Assembly (NCBI RefSeq): GCF_009914755.1
Contig: NC_060928.1
Direction: 5' to 3' (one strand)
From: the human T2T-CHM13v2.0 reference genome, Homo sapiens
Length of the DNA: 64,000 nt
This document shows, in pieces, positions 1 to 18,848 of this stretch (positions within the stretch are counted from its first letter, which is position 1; each line of letters opens with the position of its first letter). The notes below the pieces were generated by a model. That model did no database searches. It worked only from the letters and a program-made list of their open reading frames with translations, and was not told the DNA's origin. A program made the position numbers and the translations under genes.

Positions 1-2139
1 ATGACTATGTTTCAAGGGATGAGCTGTTGCATTTTTTTACTCAGAGCACCTCAAATGAACATAAATATCATACCATAGATGCCTTTGCTGGCGGCTGGTG
101 ATTGTCGATGCAGAGGCACCGCGATGCCGCACAGATGGCAAGAAGGAGGAAAGGCAGAGCTTGAGGCCATTTTCTTCCAGTGTTCCCTCATGCCAACAGA
201 AGTAGTAACAGCCTCAGTTTTTAAAGGATTGGGATATTATTGTACTTTCATTTCTTTGCTTAAATTCAGGCAATGCTTGCTTTCTGTTCTGCTTATAAGA
301 CAGAGAAGAATTTTCACTTCCAGAATCTAAAATAGTAGAGGGAGGGTTTGGCCTAAGATTCTGTCTCTTGTCCTGGGCTGTGAATGAGCAAGAGAAATTT
401 GATGGTTTCCAATGATCAGAAATGTTTTCCAGTGAGAACCCTTTGGCAGATGTAACATTATAATTTCAAAGGAGCAGTTTTTATGTTGTTTCTTTTTGTT
501 AAAAAATACATTATTTTGTATAAACCTGAAGTTACATTTCTTTATCTGTTGCTTATTTTAGATATCACTTTTTGCCATCATCTTCTCTATGCATTTTGGA
601 GACATCCTACAGTATCTACTTAGCTTTACCTCTAACTTTTCTTTCTGTATCTAAACTTTTAAAGAACAGTATATTTATCATCTACCATTATTTATTATCA
701 ATTATTTCTCAGACCTTCTAAGTCTTGATCTCTACCTCTTCCAGTACCCAAATTCTTCATATACTGTGGGTTTTAATGTATTCCTAACTGCCAAAAGTGT
801 AAAAAATATCCAGCCTCAAATTTTGAAGGTTAAAAATGTATGCCATATCCCGTTAGAGGAGCCAAGTAGAAAAATGATATCAGAAGAAAATACCAGCGTT
901 TTGATTTTATGGTTTCAGATAATAAGTTCCTTGAAGTTTCTTGAAGTATGTGCTCATTTGACCATAGTGATTAAAACCAGTTTACATTTATCACTGGGGA
1001 ATTGATGTGACACTGAGGCAATGGGGAGCAAAAAAATCTTCTGCTATATCAATTTCATATTGAAACAACGTGACAGCTACCTTCTCTGAGACATTCAGCT
1101 GCTTGTGGGGTAGAATACACCTTCCATATACAAGAGATAGGTATAAGAAAAAGCTTTGTAAATTTAAAAGTAAAAAAATCATAGCCAAACTAAATTGTAA
1201 GTGTGATTTTGTTAAGTAGAAGGTTTTTTTTTTTGAAATTTACATGTAGATATACTCTAGAAGTTAATGTTACAGGCTATACTATAAACTTGTTTTCTCC
1301 TTACCGTGATCCTATGGCAGATTTTCTACCTTTTATCACCGTGCTTGGAAAACCAGCCCTGAAAGTTTTGTTAAAGCTAAAATAAATATGTGATATGTAT
1401 GCATATATTATTATGTAATATGAAGAACCTGGAATTCTAAACAACTGATTCTATTCTGTTACTGTTGCTCATCATCTTCACGATGATTGAGAGTCAAAAA
1501 TAGGCCAGGCCATACATTTTACTTCTGATAAGCTTCAGACTGAATCTTAGTCAAGGCCACTGGGAAGGCTAAGTTTAGCTAACATGTGGAACTCATCTTT
1601 TCACTCTAATCACTTGTCTAAGCCTGAGATTTAACATTCTAGGGATTATGAAAAAAATGTCTAGACTCTGACAGCTAGCAAAAAGATGAGTTCAAAGCAT
1701 TGGAGCTAGAAAAAGACAGAGATGGTTAGACTCTTTTCACTGAGCACCAGGTCCTAAACCCAGTCTTTGCTCTCCAGCCTTGAGGAAGGAAGAGCATCCC
1801 AGAGAATGCCTGTCACACAAAGAGTGATCAAAATTTTCTCACTCCACTTCCCTAATATTATCCAACCTAACCCATTACTTAGATTTCTTTCTTTTTTATT
1901 TTATTTATTTATTTATTTTTATTATTATACTTTTAAGTTTAGGGTACATGTGCACAATGTGCAGGTTAGTTACATATGTATACATGTGACATGCTGGTGC
2001 GCTGCACCCACTAACTGGTCATCTAGCATTAGGTATATCTCCCAATGCTATCCCTCCCCCCTCCCCCTACCCCACAACAGTCCCCAGAGTGTGATGTTCC
2101 CCTTCCTGTGTCCATGTGTTCTCATTGTTCAATTCCCGC

Positions 2140-3921
<1,782 letters not shown>

Positions 3922-4747
3922 GGAAGTTAAAAACTTTGAAAAAAATTTAGATGAATGTATAACTAGACTAACCAATACAGAGAAGTGCTTAAAGGAGCTG
4001 ATGGAGCTGAAAGCCAACGCTCGAGAACTACGTGAAGAATGCAGAAGCCTCAGGAGCCGATGCGATCAACTGAAAGAAAGGGTATCAGTGATGGAAGATG
4101 AAATGAATGAAATGAAGTGAGAAGGGAAGTTTAGAGAAAAAAGAATAAAAAGAAACAAACAAAGACTCCAAGAAATATGGGACTATGTGGAAAGACCAAA
4201 TCTACGTCTGATTGATGTACCTGAAAATGATGGGGAGAATGGAACCAAGTTGGAAAACACTCTACAGGATGTAATCCAGGAGAACTTCCCCAATCTAGCA
4301 AGGCAGGCCAACATTCAGATTCAGGAAATACAGAGAACACCACAAAGATACTCCTCGAGAAGAGCAACTCCAAGACACATAATTGTCAGATTCACCAAAG
4401 TTGAAATGAAGGAAAAAATGTTAAGGGCAGCCGGAGAGAAAGGTTGGGTTACCCACAAAGGGAAGCCCATCAGACTAACAGAGGATCTCTCAGCAGAAAC
4501 TCTACAAGCCAGAAGAGACTGGGGGCCAATATTCAACATTCTTAAAGAAAAGGATTTTCAACCCAGAATTTCATATCCAGCCAAACTGAGCTTCATAAGT
4601 GAAGGAGAAATAAAATCCTTTACAGATAAGCAAATGCTGAGAGATTTTGTCACCACCAGGCCTGCCCTAAAAGAGCTCCTGAAGGATGCACTAAACATGG
4701 AAAGGAACAACCGGTACCAGCCGCTGCAAGATCATGCCAAAATGTAA
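3922..4747 (+). pseudogene. L1 ORF1p fragment, 5'-truncated, with a premature stop
   Basis: EVKNFEKNL...MEDEMNEMK* (TGA at 4118-4120, probably CGA>TGA), then RPNLRLI...YPAKLSF...HAKM*. A 63-bp inter-ORF spacer (4748-4810) follows. Confidence 0.93.
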
Positions 4748-4795
4748 AGACGATCGATGCTAGGAAGAAACTGCATCAACTAACGAGCAAAATAA

Positions 4796-6774
<1,979 letters not shown>

Positions 6775-7874
6775 CTCTTTCTTTATATATGGGAAAATTG
6801 GGGGTTAGAGCTGGGGAGGAGAGTTTGAAGCTTTCCTTACCCACTTTGACCTGTAAACAGATTGTAAACAATGAGCTGGAGGACAGAGATCTTTACTTCT
6901 ATGAATCTCTGTTTGGACTGTCTTTCCAAAAATGTTTACTGCATTTTAATCAATAAATGACAGAGAGATGAAGTCTGCTCCTGTCTGCTCCTTTGAATAA
7001 CACAGATTACGGGAATAACAAAAAGGAGTTGATATAACAGCAAGCAAACAATGAGAAAAAGCAAATGCAAAAACAATACAGTTGAAGCTAATGAAGCATA
7101 TTCTATGATCAAACATAGAATTGGTTTTATCTTTTACCTTTGGTGGAACTTAATAAATTTAACTCTTAAAAAACTCTCAAAATTTAAGCAGTCTAAGAGA
7201 ATCCCAGGGTTTCAGCTTTAGAACTAGTAAGAAGGACAGATTTTGCAATATAGTTACCAATGTTATGTTTTAATCAAGATAATCCATGGAAATTTGGTTT
7301 CCCATTAATATTGGGAAGGCTTCTTTTTCTCAGGTTTAGATCAAAGCAATAGTTTCTAACTTCTTGGACACTATTTTATTTTAGTTTGGGACACAGTAAA
7401 TATTCTTTTTCTAATCCATCTAAAAAAAATTTGAATTCAAGAACTAATTAAGGCTGTTGTCCACTGCTCTGACTGCTCTGACGATGGTTTCTAATTATAG
7501 TAAACTGCTTTACTTAATTCTTCAGATTTTTTTTGGAATTCGTAGAAACTCCAAAGCATCCTATTTTCATAAAGGCCAATATTCCGTTGCATTCAAATTG
7601 CAGTCCTATTTATTTTCTGCTTTTTCTTCAACCATAATCCTACTTTTATCCTTAGGAAGTTTTAGCTTTGTGTGATTGGTAGAATAGCCAGTGAAAGATA
7701 TGCTGTCTCCTCCTTTTGGGATTCTAAATTCTGTTGTCAAGCTGGTCCACCAGGGATACATCCATGTGCTGTGTAATTGTCCATGGTCATAGAATAGCAT
7801 TCACCATGTTGTAATTTTGTTTCTTTCTCCTGGCCTTTAGGAAACACTGCAGGGAGGCTGTGGTTCACTGTGTG

Positions 7875-8255
7875 TGCTCACTGGATTTTGTTTCCTCTTC
7901 CTGGGAACACAGCTGGACTATCTTTCCCTGTCTTTCTTTTAGTCAAATGGGGTGTGCGATTGGGTTCTGGTCAGCAGGATTTGGACACAAGTGATGTGTA
8001 CCTGGATCTGGCCTATAGCAATCTTTCTGTCTCCTTATCTGCCAGTCAGATGCTGAGGATTCCTGGAGCCCTGGGGCTAGGGGAACAAACAGATAGAAGT
8101 AGCTGAGGCCTTGAGTGATTGCGTGGAAGAAAGTGCCCCACAACCCCACAACTCTTGTTAGATAGTGATATAGGTGAGAAGTAAATGGTTACTGTGTTAA
8201 ACTATTAAGAATTTGAGATCATTTGTTGTAAGAGTCAGTTTACTTTGACAAATAT
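7875..8255 (+). mobile_element. MaLR solo LTR (MLT1J-like)
   Basis: Typical MLT1 motifs ctcttcctgggaacaca...ttctggtc and the end aaatggttactgtgttaaactattaagaatttgagatcatttgttg. Confidence 0.65.
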
Positions 8256-8510
8256 AGGCGCATGGTGGTAAGGATTGTGTCTCTGAAACTGAAACCATTT
8301 ATTAACTACATGACTTTGAATAAGTTTTTGATTCTCTCTGTATCTCAGTTTCCTCATGTGCAGAATTGGAACTATAATAATATCTCATAAGATTATCATT
8401 AGAATAAAATGAGGATGTATAAAAGATTAAAATTAATATGTGTGAAGTGCTTAGGACAATTCCTGACACATTGGAAATACTGAATATACATTAACTATTG
8501 TTATTGGCAT
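8256..8510 (+). mobile_element. MIR SINE
   Basis: Core tgactttgaataagtt...ctctgtatctcagtttcctcatgtgcagaattgg and tail gtgaagtgcttaggacaattcctgacaca. Confidence 0.8.
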
Positions 8511-9152
8511 TGAAAGAAATAGTCATGTGAAATCCATCACAATTTCTTTTGTGTGTGTGAAATATTATCAGATATTACTTTCCTTTCTGTGCTATTTCTT
8601 TCCAAAAGGAGCTTTGGTCAGGAGAGATGCATGCCACACACTAAGATCAAAATAGGTGAGCAGAATAGGAAGAGGGCAAACTGGAGAAAGCCTTGGGTCA
8701 GAGCAGCTCACAAAATAAGAGCCAGGGTCCTGTAATGTGAGACCAAGAGCTGAATACAAGAAGTATGACATGAAGCTTCTGTTTATTATTTCAAAACACA
8801 TATAAATTAGGAGTGAAAATGAAAAAAAAAAGTTAAAATAGGATATAATTCAAACTGTTAGTTTTGAGGAGAGAGACAGGGGTGAGAGAGATGATGGAAT
8901 CAGGTGATATTTCCAAAATGTTGGCTGAAAATCAAATATGGTCTTTTAGGGAGGGAGGTAAGTTGGGGTAAATAGGCTAGAATAGAATAGAGATCAGAGT
9001 GACTCACAATAGGTTTGGATGTATAGAATTTAGCATGTAGTCATCTTGGGTGGTGGATTTAAAGCTATCTAAACAGTGTGGCCAAATAAAAGTCTTACTA
9101 TTTAATTATCATGGGGAAACAGGCATAAAATGGGACCGTCCTGGCATACCTG

Positions 9153-9705
9153 TTGTATTATTCAGGGTTCTCCAGGGAAACAGAACCAATAGGAGATACA
9201 AGTGTGTGTGTGTGTGTGCACGCACACGCGTGTGCATATGTGTGTGTATGATGTACACACCTATATCTAATCTACAGCAGTCTTCAGAGCCCTTGTCTTC
9301 CCTTATCTGCCACTTAGAGAGAGAGAGGGTGACAGAGAGACAGAAGGAAAGTGAGAGAGAGAGAGAGATTGATTTTTAGGAACTGGCTCACAGGATTGTG
9401 AAGGCTAGCAAGTCCAAAATCTGAAGGGTAGCCAAGGAAAAACAGATGCTGCAGTTTGAGTCAGAAGGCATTCTTTTGACAGATTCCATTTCTCTTGCAA
9501 AGGCCAGTCTATCTTTTTTTAAGACCTTCAACTGATTGACTGAGGCCCACTCACATTATGGATGGCAATCTGCTTTACTCAAAGCCTACAGATGTAATTG
9601 TTAAACTCATCTGAAATATACCTTCACAGCAACATTCAGATGTGCTTTACCAAATATATGGGCAACATGGCCTAGCCAAGTTGACACATAAAATTAACTG
9701 TCACA
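9153..9705 (-). mobile_element. ERVL solo LTR MLT2 (B/D-like) containing (TG)n and (GA)n tracts
   Basis: cagggttctccagggaaacagaaccaatagg...ggaactggctcac...gccaagttgacacataaaattaactgtcaca is the reverse complement of MLT2. Confidence 0.85.
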
Positions 9706-9739
9706 CCTTGATAAAAGGTCAATCAGTATGGAAAAGATG

Positions 9740-10080
9740 CACCCAACTGGCAACCCTTTGACTGAATTTGTCCTGTAAGCATGACGTGGTTTGGCTCAGG
9801 GTTTCATAAGTTTTTCAATCAATATTTTAAATTGGGAAATTCCATACACAGACAAAATATATTCAAGTTTCCAGCTTCTCTTAATCATTGTACACCCTCC
9901 TCCACTGGGTCCCCATTTTCTCATAGCAACAGATGGAAGTCAGTAGCAGCCACCTCCTTAGGGTGGGATATGACTTCGTTCCTTTCCCACGGTCCCTACT
10001 TTGTCATATTGTTTGTTTCTTACACTCAATCATTCTCACCCATTTGCATGTGTTTTCTAGATTTTGTAATTATTTAGGCT
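9740..10080. mobile_element. hAT-Charlie fossil (MER102-like)
   Basis: tttccagcttctctt...ggaagtcagtagcagccacc...cacggtccctact resembles recalled MER102. Confidence 0.5.
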
Positions 10081-11453
10081 TTGAATCTTGACTATATAAT
10101 CTGGGTGCAGTGAAGATAAATTGAAGAAGCCCCTTGATGCTTTGCCCTACTGAAGATAATCATTTCAATGACATAAGCTCAAACTACTTCAGCTGCCCCA
10201 GGGAGAGCACAGCTACCTTGTATGAAGACCCATATTCCTAACACAGATACTTGAGATTACCTGGGAGCTTTTGACAATACAAACAGTAACAGAGAAGACT
10301 TTTTTCTCTTTGTAGTGCTTATTGTTCAAGGAAAGCCAACTTACATGTTTATTTGTTCTGTTACTATAACTTATATAACAATTTTAATGGGATATATAGT
10401 AGAAGTTCTAAGATAAGTCATGTGGAAAAATGAAAGTGTTGACTAGCTTTCTTTACAATTGTCATTCAATGTTTTTTTTTCTATTCTAATGGAGACCTTT
10501 ATAAGAAAGGTGAATGGAAATGCATCTGTGTGTCATAGGGAAAATATGGCTTTTAAGATTTTGACAGCCTAAAATTTCTTAATAATGAGATTCACGATTG
10601 ATCTGTGATGCATTTCCTTGGCCATATATGTGAACAAACATGAACTGTATTTCTATGGGCCACTGCTTTCTGTGACCATGTTCCTTAACCCTTTTAAGAA
10701 GGTTTTTTTTGGGTTGGCAGAAAATATAAAGTACCCTGGAAATAAATACATAATAATCTGTTCATGATATTAGTAAGTCAGTTGAACCAAGTGTACTACT
10801 TTCTACCTGTCAAAAGCTTTCAGGGGAGAATGACTTATATGGGCAATATTTCTAAGACTAGAAGCAATTGAGCTCCTCTTTTTTCCTATTTATTATTTTC
10901 TGGTGTCTTGGAATTCAGTATAAAATCCATTTCTCCTTAAAAACTTGGGTTGATTAACTCCCAGCCAAATAAGAGTACAACAGTAGCAGGGAATGATGGC
11001 TGAGTCTACAGGAAAGCCCCATTTCTCTTGTGTGCTGCTGAATGACCTGCAGGCATTGAGTTATATGAATATATATGTTTATGGCTTTTGTGTACTTAGC
11101 ATAAAATGAAGGCAAAGAGAGGAGGTATATGCAATATATCTGATGAGAGAGCAGGATGGTACAATATCAGGTCCTCAGGTTGGCCTGAGGGCTAGGTCTG
11201 ATTGGTATAGAAAGAGAGGCATTATTCTCATTTTATGCATGAAACATAGTCTGTCTTCAGTTTAGTTATGAGTGAAAGTAACGTACAAATTTGGCATTGG
11301 CAGAGATTTGTTTCTTTGGATTGTGCCAAGGGAAAAATGCTTGGTCAGGGCAATGGCAGTGGACCCTAGGCCCTGTGGCCAGTGATAGTGCGAATCAGTT
11401 GGCCACAGCAGATGCTAAATAGAGGTTTGTCAGGAGAGTTCTTCTTGAGATAG

Positions 11454-11454
<1 letters not shown>

Positions 11455-11490
<36 letters not shown>
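11455..11490. repeat. (TG)n microsatellite
   Basis: About 17 perfect TG units. Confidence 0.97.
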
Positions 11491-11491
<1 letters not shown>

Positions 11492-11759
11492 CTGAGGGCA
11501 GTGGGGAGCACTTTGCAAGGAACCAAATTTCTGGAACTAAATAAGATGTAGGGCAGGATCAGAGTAATTTTGGTTCTACAAGACTACTCTTACGTTGACA
11601 AAATTAATTAACCTGGATACTTAAAAGAATGGAATTTGTCAATAGTTTGCTCTATTCCTAGACCCAACAACGGTCAACTATGAATCAAGGAAAGCCTCAT
11701 TATCACTCCGTGCATAGCCAGAATTTACTTAGAGAAAAATTTAAGTACTCCACTTTCCC

Positions 11760-11930
11760 TTTATAAATTTAATTTTTAGTTTACATACAGTAAAATTTTC
11801 TCTTTTTGAATACAGTTTCATGATGGCTAACAAATGCATATAAAAGTCTGATCATCAACACACAGAACAGTTCCATCAGCCCCATTTTCCTTGGTGTTTA
11901 CCCTTTGTAGCCAACTTATTCTCTACTCTT
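11760..11930 (-). mobile_element. Old L1M 3'-end fragment
   Basis: tttacatacagtaaaattttctctttttgaatacagtttcatg...aacaaatgcata...agaacagttccatca. Confidence 0.6.
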
Positions 11931-12431
11931 TCCTTTTTGACGTACAAACAAAACAGTTTCCAGATTTCCTGAAATACAAACGTCTTAGTTGAGAGAAATA
12001 ATATAGGCCTCTGGCTGATCACCTCTGATTCCTTTGCTTTGACACTTTTGGTTAAATAGCAATATTCTTTTGTATTTGTAAACCAAGCTGGCCAGGGTTA
12101 TGTGAGTAATTTAACCTTTAAAAAGCTCAGTCACTGCTCTTCAGAGAGTAGGCAATGCCTGGAAGTTTAACTAGAGTGTAAATGAAGGTTTCATAGAGCT
12201 TTGTTAGTCTCTGACCAAACAACAATAAATATCTCTTGTTAAATTAATAAGGTTTCTCATGGGTAGGTGTTTAGATGCTCTACTTCTGAGCCTGCAAGCC
12301 CATTTAGCAGTTATCAGAACATGCCCTGATTTCTTGTCTGTGCCTCCAGGAGCCACTCCGTTGTTAATAAGCCTTTGGGAGGAGTCCAGAAAAAGACCTG
12401 AGCCCTCTGTTCAGAAAGTGGTAGGTGTTAT

Positions 12432-13376
<945 letters not shown>

Positions 13377-14989
13377 GTTTCTTTACTGGATTAATTGGCA
13401 TAAAAGCAGCTTTTTTTTTTAATTGCCAAATGTTAGCATGTTCATTTATTTGTAATATTATTTCATTATCATTTCTTTTTTCTTTTTTTCTGTTAACTTT
13501 TGAATTGTCTATAAAATTATATAGTACCATCTGGATATAACAACCAAAATACAAAATACAAAGGAAAATATACAATGCAAAAAACATGCAAACAAAAGCT
13601 GTAAGAAGGTATAGATTAGGATTAGTAAACAAGTTAGAGGGCTCAGACAGGTTATTTATCCTTTCCTCTTCTTTTGAAAATTGGGTCTTAAAACCTTGCT
13701 ATGGAATTTACTCTAGGCCCGCCTTATTTATATCAAAGCATCATAGGATGAGCAACCAGACTTTTGCTTTTCCAGGAAATTGTTCACATATATAGCAAAT
13801 AATTAATCGTTGAAGCTTAAGGCAAGAAATGGAAGAAACTCTATTTATGGGAGCTATTTTAAACATTCTTGTTTATATCTTAAGTTTGAAGATTAGTGTT
13901 TTTCCTCAAAGGGAAGAAAATTTTTAAAAATTTCTCTGTTCATTCTTAGAGATATTTCCTAATTACACTATGCTTCAGCAATTTTGGAGGAGGGGTCGTT
14001 ATGTCAGTGTATTGCACCTGTAGATAACAGCATTTTACATATGTCAAAGCACTTTATTGTACATTAAGTCCTTGAAAATCAAAATTTAAATCAAGGCCTT
14101 AAACGTATGCATAGACCTTACACCAACTCCTATTTCAAACACTTAGATCCTATTAAATATTAATTGCTATAGATCCTGCCTATCTGTGCACAGATAAACT
14201 AATTCTAATAGTTACAAATGTTCATTTTACTTTACACAACTTTGAGAATTCAGGAATTCATGGACACAATCTTCTGTGCAAGAATAATGAGCTGAAAGAA
14301 ATGATAACCAAGAGGAATCTTTTGCCAAGAGATTAAATAAGAAACCTGGTTACAGTTGGAAAATTCTGAGTTTTTCTCCATAACATTTGTATTTCAGACA
14401 TCTATCTGGGGAAGAAGCAAATAGGGAGAAATTTGCATTATGCTATATTTTATGAATTCTGTCTATTTTAGAAGGGACTGGTACTAGCTACAGGTAGTAA
14501 TGATAAAGCTATAATAATAATTCTTTCAGTGTTGCAAAGTAGAGTTGGAGTTCGTATAACCCCATGAAGAGAATTCCACCACAAGTATTATATATAGACG
14601 AGGAGAGATTAATAAACACATTTTATAGGTACAAGCTGCATTTAATGAAATTGCTATATTCCCTGTGGGACTAATCACAAGTTGGAGCTCCGGGGAATTT
14701 TCTTAGGGGCTGACATAAACCTGTTCTTTATGTTTCTGCACCATTCCAAATTAGATCCATCTTCTCTTCCTGTTTGGATCCATGTCTCAGCAAATGGCTC
14801 TCTTGTCTGTCGACTTGTCTCCTTTCTTATCTAACCTACCCTTTACCTTTCTACCAAAAATACCTTAGTTCAGAACCTCAGCATTTCTTGCCTAAAGAAA
14901 TTTCCTCTATTTCAGATTTTCTTAGCATACACCTTCCCTCACTGCAACTTGAGTACTTTTCTAAATTAACAATATGGTTATGACATCCT

Positions 14990-15520
14990 TTCATTCACTT
15001 CCTCGTTCATTCATTTAATAAATAATTTTCATGCACCTATTATTTACTATTCTGTGTCCTGAGAATAGAATTGTGAACAAAAGTCTCTTAGAATCTTTCT
15101 ATGAGGGGATGTAGACAATAAATGTACATAAAAGTAAATAAATGCGAGAAGATTAAGGTACAGATAAATGCTATATAGAGAAAATAAAATAGGATAATAT
15201 AGCAAAGTGACCTGTGAAGGTGATAGGCCATATTAAATAGGTGGAACAGGAAAGGCCTCTCTGATGAGATGACATTGCCACATGGTAAGCAAGCCATGCC
15301 TGTGAAGATCAAGAAAGTGTACTCTAGACAAAGGAAACAGCAAGTGCAAAGGCCTTGAGGGAGGCTTGAGCATGTGTTTGAGAAATAGAAGACAGTGATG
15401 GATGCATCATAGTGAGCAAGGGAGAGGGTAACAGAGATGAGGTCAAGATCAGAGAAGAAGGCTGGGACCAGGTCATTGCGGTTTAAAGGCCCAGGTCAGA
15501 GTTGCAATTTTATTCATCTG
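14990..15520 (-). mobile_element. L2 3' fragment
   Basis: ttcattcatttaataaata terminus and gaaaggcctctctgatgagatgacatt...ggaaacagcaagtgcaaaggccttgagg. Confidence 0.8.
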
Positions 15521-15569
15521 CCCTTGTTGGCCCCTTGAGTACTTTGGTGCCTCAACCATCAAGATCCCA

Positions 15570-18385
15570 TTGCATCTGGCTTTATCTCTGGGTTCTCTAT
15601 TTTGTTACATTGGGCTTTGTGCCTGTTTTTATACCAGTACTGTGCAGCTTTGGTAGCTAGAGCCTTGTCGTATAGTCTGAAGTTGAGCAATATGATGCCT
15701 TCAGATTTGTTCTTTTGGCTTAGACTTGTTTTGGCTATGCAGACTCGTTTTTTTGTTCCATATTAATTTTAGGATTTTTTTTTCTAGCTCTGTGAAGGAT
15801 GATGATAATATTTTGATGGAAATTGCATTGAATTTATAGACTGCCTTTGGCAGTATGGTCATTTTCTCAATATTGATTCAACCCATCTGTGAGCATGGGT
15901 TGTATTTCTATTTGTTTGTGTCGTCTATTATTTCTTTCATCAGTGTTTTGTAGTTTTCCTTGTGGAGATCTTCTACCTCTTTGGTTAGGTACATTCCTAA
16001 GTTTTATTCTGTTTTGTTTTTATTATTATTATTTGCAGCTGAAGTAAAAGGAGTTGAGTTCTTGATTTGATTTTCAGCTTGGTCGCTGAGTGCTATTTGT
16101 GTACATTGATTTGTACCTGAAACTTTACCGAATTTATTTATCAGATCTAGGAGCTTTTTGGAGGAGTCTTTAGGGTTTTCTAGGTATAAAATCATATCAT
16201 CAGCAAACAGTGACAGTTTGACATCCTCTTTACTGATTTCGATGCCCTTTTTTTCTTTCTCTTGTCTGATTGCTCTGGCTAGGTCTTCCAGTACTATGTT
16301 AAATAGAAGTGGCGAAAATGGGCATCCTTGTCTTTTTTCAGTTCTCAACGGAAATGCTTTCAACTTTACCCTGTTCAGTACTATGTTGGCTGTGGGTTTG
16401 TCATAGATGGCTTTTATTACCTTAAGGTATGTCCCTCCTATGCTGAGTTTGCTGACGGTTTTAATCATAAAGGGATGCTGGATTTTGTCAAATGCTTTTT
16501 CTGTGTCTACTGATATGATAATATGATTTTTGTTTTTACTTTTGTTTATGTGGCATATCACATTTATTGACTTCTGTATATTAAACCATCCCTGCATCCC
16601 TGGTATGAAACCCACTTGATCTGGTTTATTATCTTTTTGGTATGCTGTTGGATTAGGTTAGCTAGAGTTTCTTGAGGATTTTTGCATCTAGGTTCATTAT
16701 GGATATTGGTGTGTAGTTTTCTTTTTTTGCTGTTATGTCCTTTCCTGGTTTTGGTATTAGGGCAATATTGACTTCATAGAATGATTTAAGAAGGATTCCC
16801 TCTTTCTCTATCTTTTGGAATAGTTTCAGTAGGATTGGCATCACTTCTTTGAATGTCTGATAGAATTCAACTGTGAATTCATCTAGTCCTGGACTTTATT
16901 TTGTCAGCATTTTTTTAAAATTACTGTTTCAATATCACTATCTGTTATTGTTCTGTTCAGAATTTCTATTTCTCTCTGGTTTAATCTAGGAAGGTTGCAT
17001 ATTTTCAGGAATTTATCCATCTCCCGCACATTTTCTGGTTTGTGTATGTGAAGATGTTCATAGTACCCTTGAATGATCTTTTGTATTTTTGTGGTATTAG
17101 TTGTAGTACCTCCCATTTCTTTTCTAATTGAGATAATTTGGATCTTCTTTCTTCTTTTCTTGGTTAATCTCACTAGAGGTCTCTTGATTGTGCTTATCTT
17201 TTCAAAGAACCAGGCTTTTGTTTTATTTATCTTTTGTGGTTTTTTTTTTTCTATTTCAATTTCATTTAGTTCTGCTCTGATATTCGTTATTTCTTTCCTT
17301 CTGCTGTGTTTGGGTTTGGTTTGTTCCTGTTTCTCTAGTTCCTTGAGGTATGAGCTTAGATTATCTATGTGTGCTCTTTCAGGTTTTTTGAGTTAGACCT
17401 TTAATGCTATAAACTTCTCTCTTAGCACTGCTTTTGCTGTATCCCAGAAGTTTTGATCAGTTGTGCTACTATTATCGTTCAGTTCAAAGAATTTTTTACT
17501 TCCATCTTGATTTCATTGTTGACCCAAGGATCATTCAGGAGCAGATTATTTAATTTTCTATGTGTTTGTATAGTTTTGAGAGTTCTTTTTGGAGTTAACT
17601 TCCAGCTTTATTTTATTGTGTCTGCAAGAGTACTTGATATAATACTGATGTTCTTAAGTTTATTGAGAGTTGTTTTGTGGCCTATCATATGGCCTATCTT
17701 GGAGAATGTTCTATGTGCTGATGAAAATAATATATATTCTGCAGTTGCTGGATAAAATTTTCTGTAAATATCTATTAAGTCCATTTGTTCTAAGGTATAG
17801 TTTAAGTCCATTGTTTGTTTGTTGACTTTCTGTCTTGATGATCTGTCTAGTGCTCTCAGTGGAGTATTGAAGTTTGTCACTTTTGTTGTGTTGCTGTCTA
17901 TCTCCTTTCTTAGGTCTAGTAGTAATTGTTTTATAAATTTGAGAGCTCCAGTGTTGCATGCATATATATTTAGGATTGTGATATTTTCCCATTGGACTAA
18001 TCTTTTTATCATTATACAGTGTCCCTGTTTTTTTTATCATACTTTAAGTTCTAGGGTACATGTGCACAACGTGCAGGTTTGTTACATATGTATACATGTG
18101 CCATGTTGGTGTGCTGCACCCATTAACTCATCATTCACATTAGGTATATCTCCTAATGCTCTCCCTACCCCTCCCACCCGACAACAGGCTGTTTGTTTTT
18201 TAAAACTGTTGTTGCTTTAAAGTTTGTTTCATTTAATACAAGAATAGCTCTATTCGTGCTCAGCTCTGGTTTTCATTTGCATGAAATACCTTTTTCCAGC
18301 TTAAGTTTATGTGAGTCCTTATGTGTTAGGTGAGTCTCTTGAAGATAGTAGAAACTTGGTTGGTGGATTTTTATGCATTCTGCCA
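15570..18385 (-). mobile_element. L1PB-like ORF2 segment (degenerate EN through RT)
   Basis: ORFs 16004..16615 ([11 protein letters not shown]...FADDMILY), 16662..16844, 16904..17173 and 17608..18012 (LNIYACN...DRSSRQKVNK) are ORF2p fragments. Confidence 0.9.
18030..18188 (-). mobile_element. Short L1PA 3'-end insertion nested in L1PB ORF2
   Basis: tatcatactttaagttctagggtacatgtgcacaacgtgcagg... flanked by ctgttt(+T run) at ~18025 and ~18189, next to a TTTT/AA site. Confidence 0.88.
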
Positions 18386-18801
18386 TTTTTTTTTTTTTTC
18401 GTTATTTCTATTTCAAGAGTTTTTGGGGAACAGGTGGTGTTTGGTTACATGGATAAATTCTTTAGGTATGATTTCTAAGGTTTTGGTTAACCCGCCACCC
18501 AAGCAGTGTACATTGCACCCAAGGTCTAGTTTTTTATCCCTCATCCCTCCTCCCACCCTTCCCCTCAAGACCCTATAATCCATTATATCATTCTTATGCC
18601 TTTGCATTCTCATAGCTTAACTCTCACTATGAGTGAGAGCATACGATGTTTGGTTTTCCATTCCAGAGTTACTTCACTTAGAATAATGGCCTCCAACTCC
18701 ATCGAGGTTGCTGCAAATGCTATTATTTCATTCCTTTTTATGGCTGAGTATGGCTGAGTAGTATTCCATGGTGTTTGTGTGTTTATATATATTTATATAT
18801 A

Positions 18802-18848
<47 letters not shown>

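Noticed and set aside
18741-18760. Short tandem duplications (tggctgagta x2; also ~19716-19735, ~22387-22411, ~41876-41910)
   Set aside because: Ordinary slippage events.
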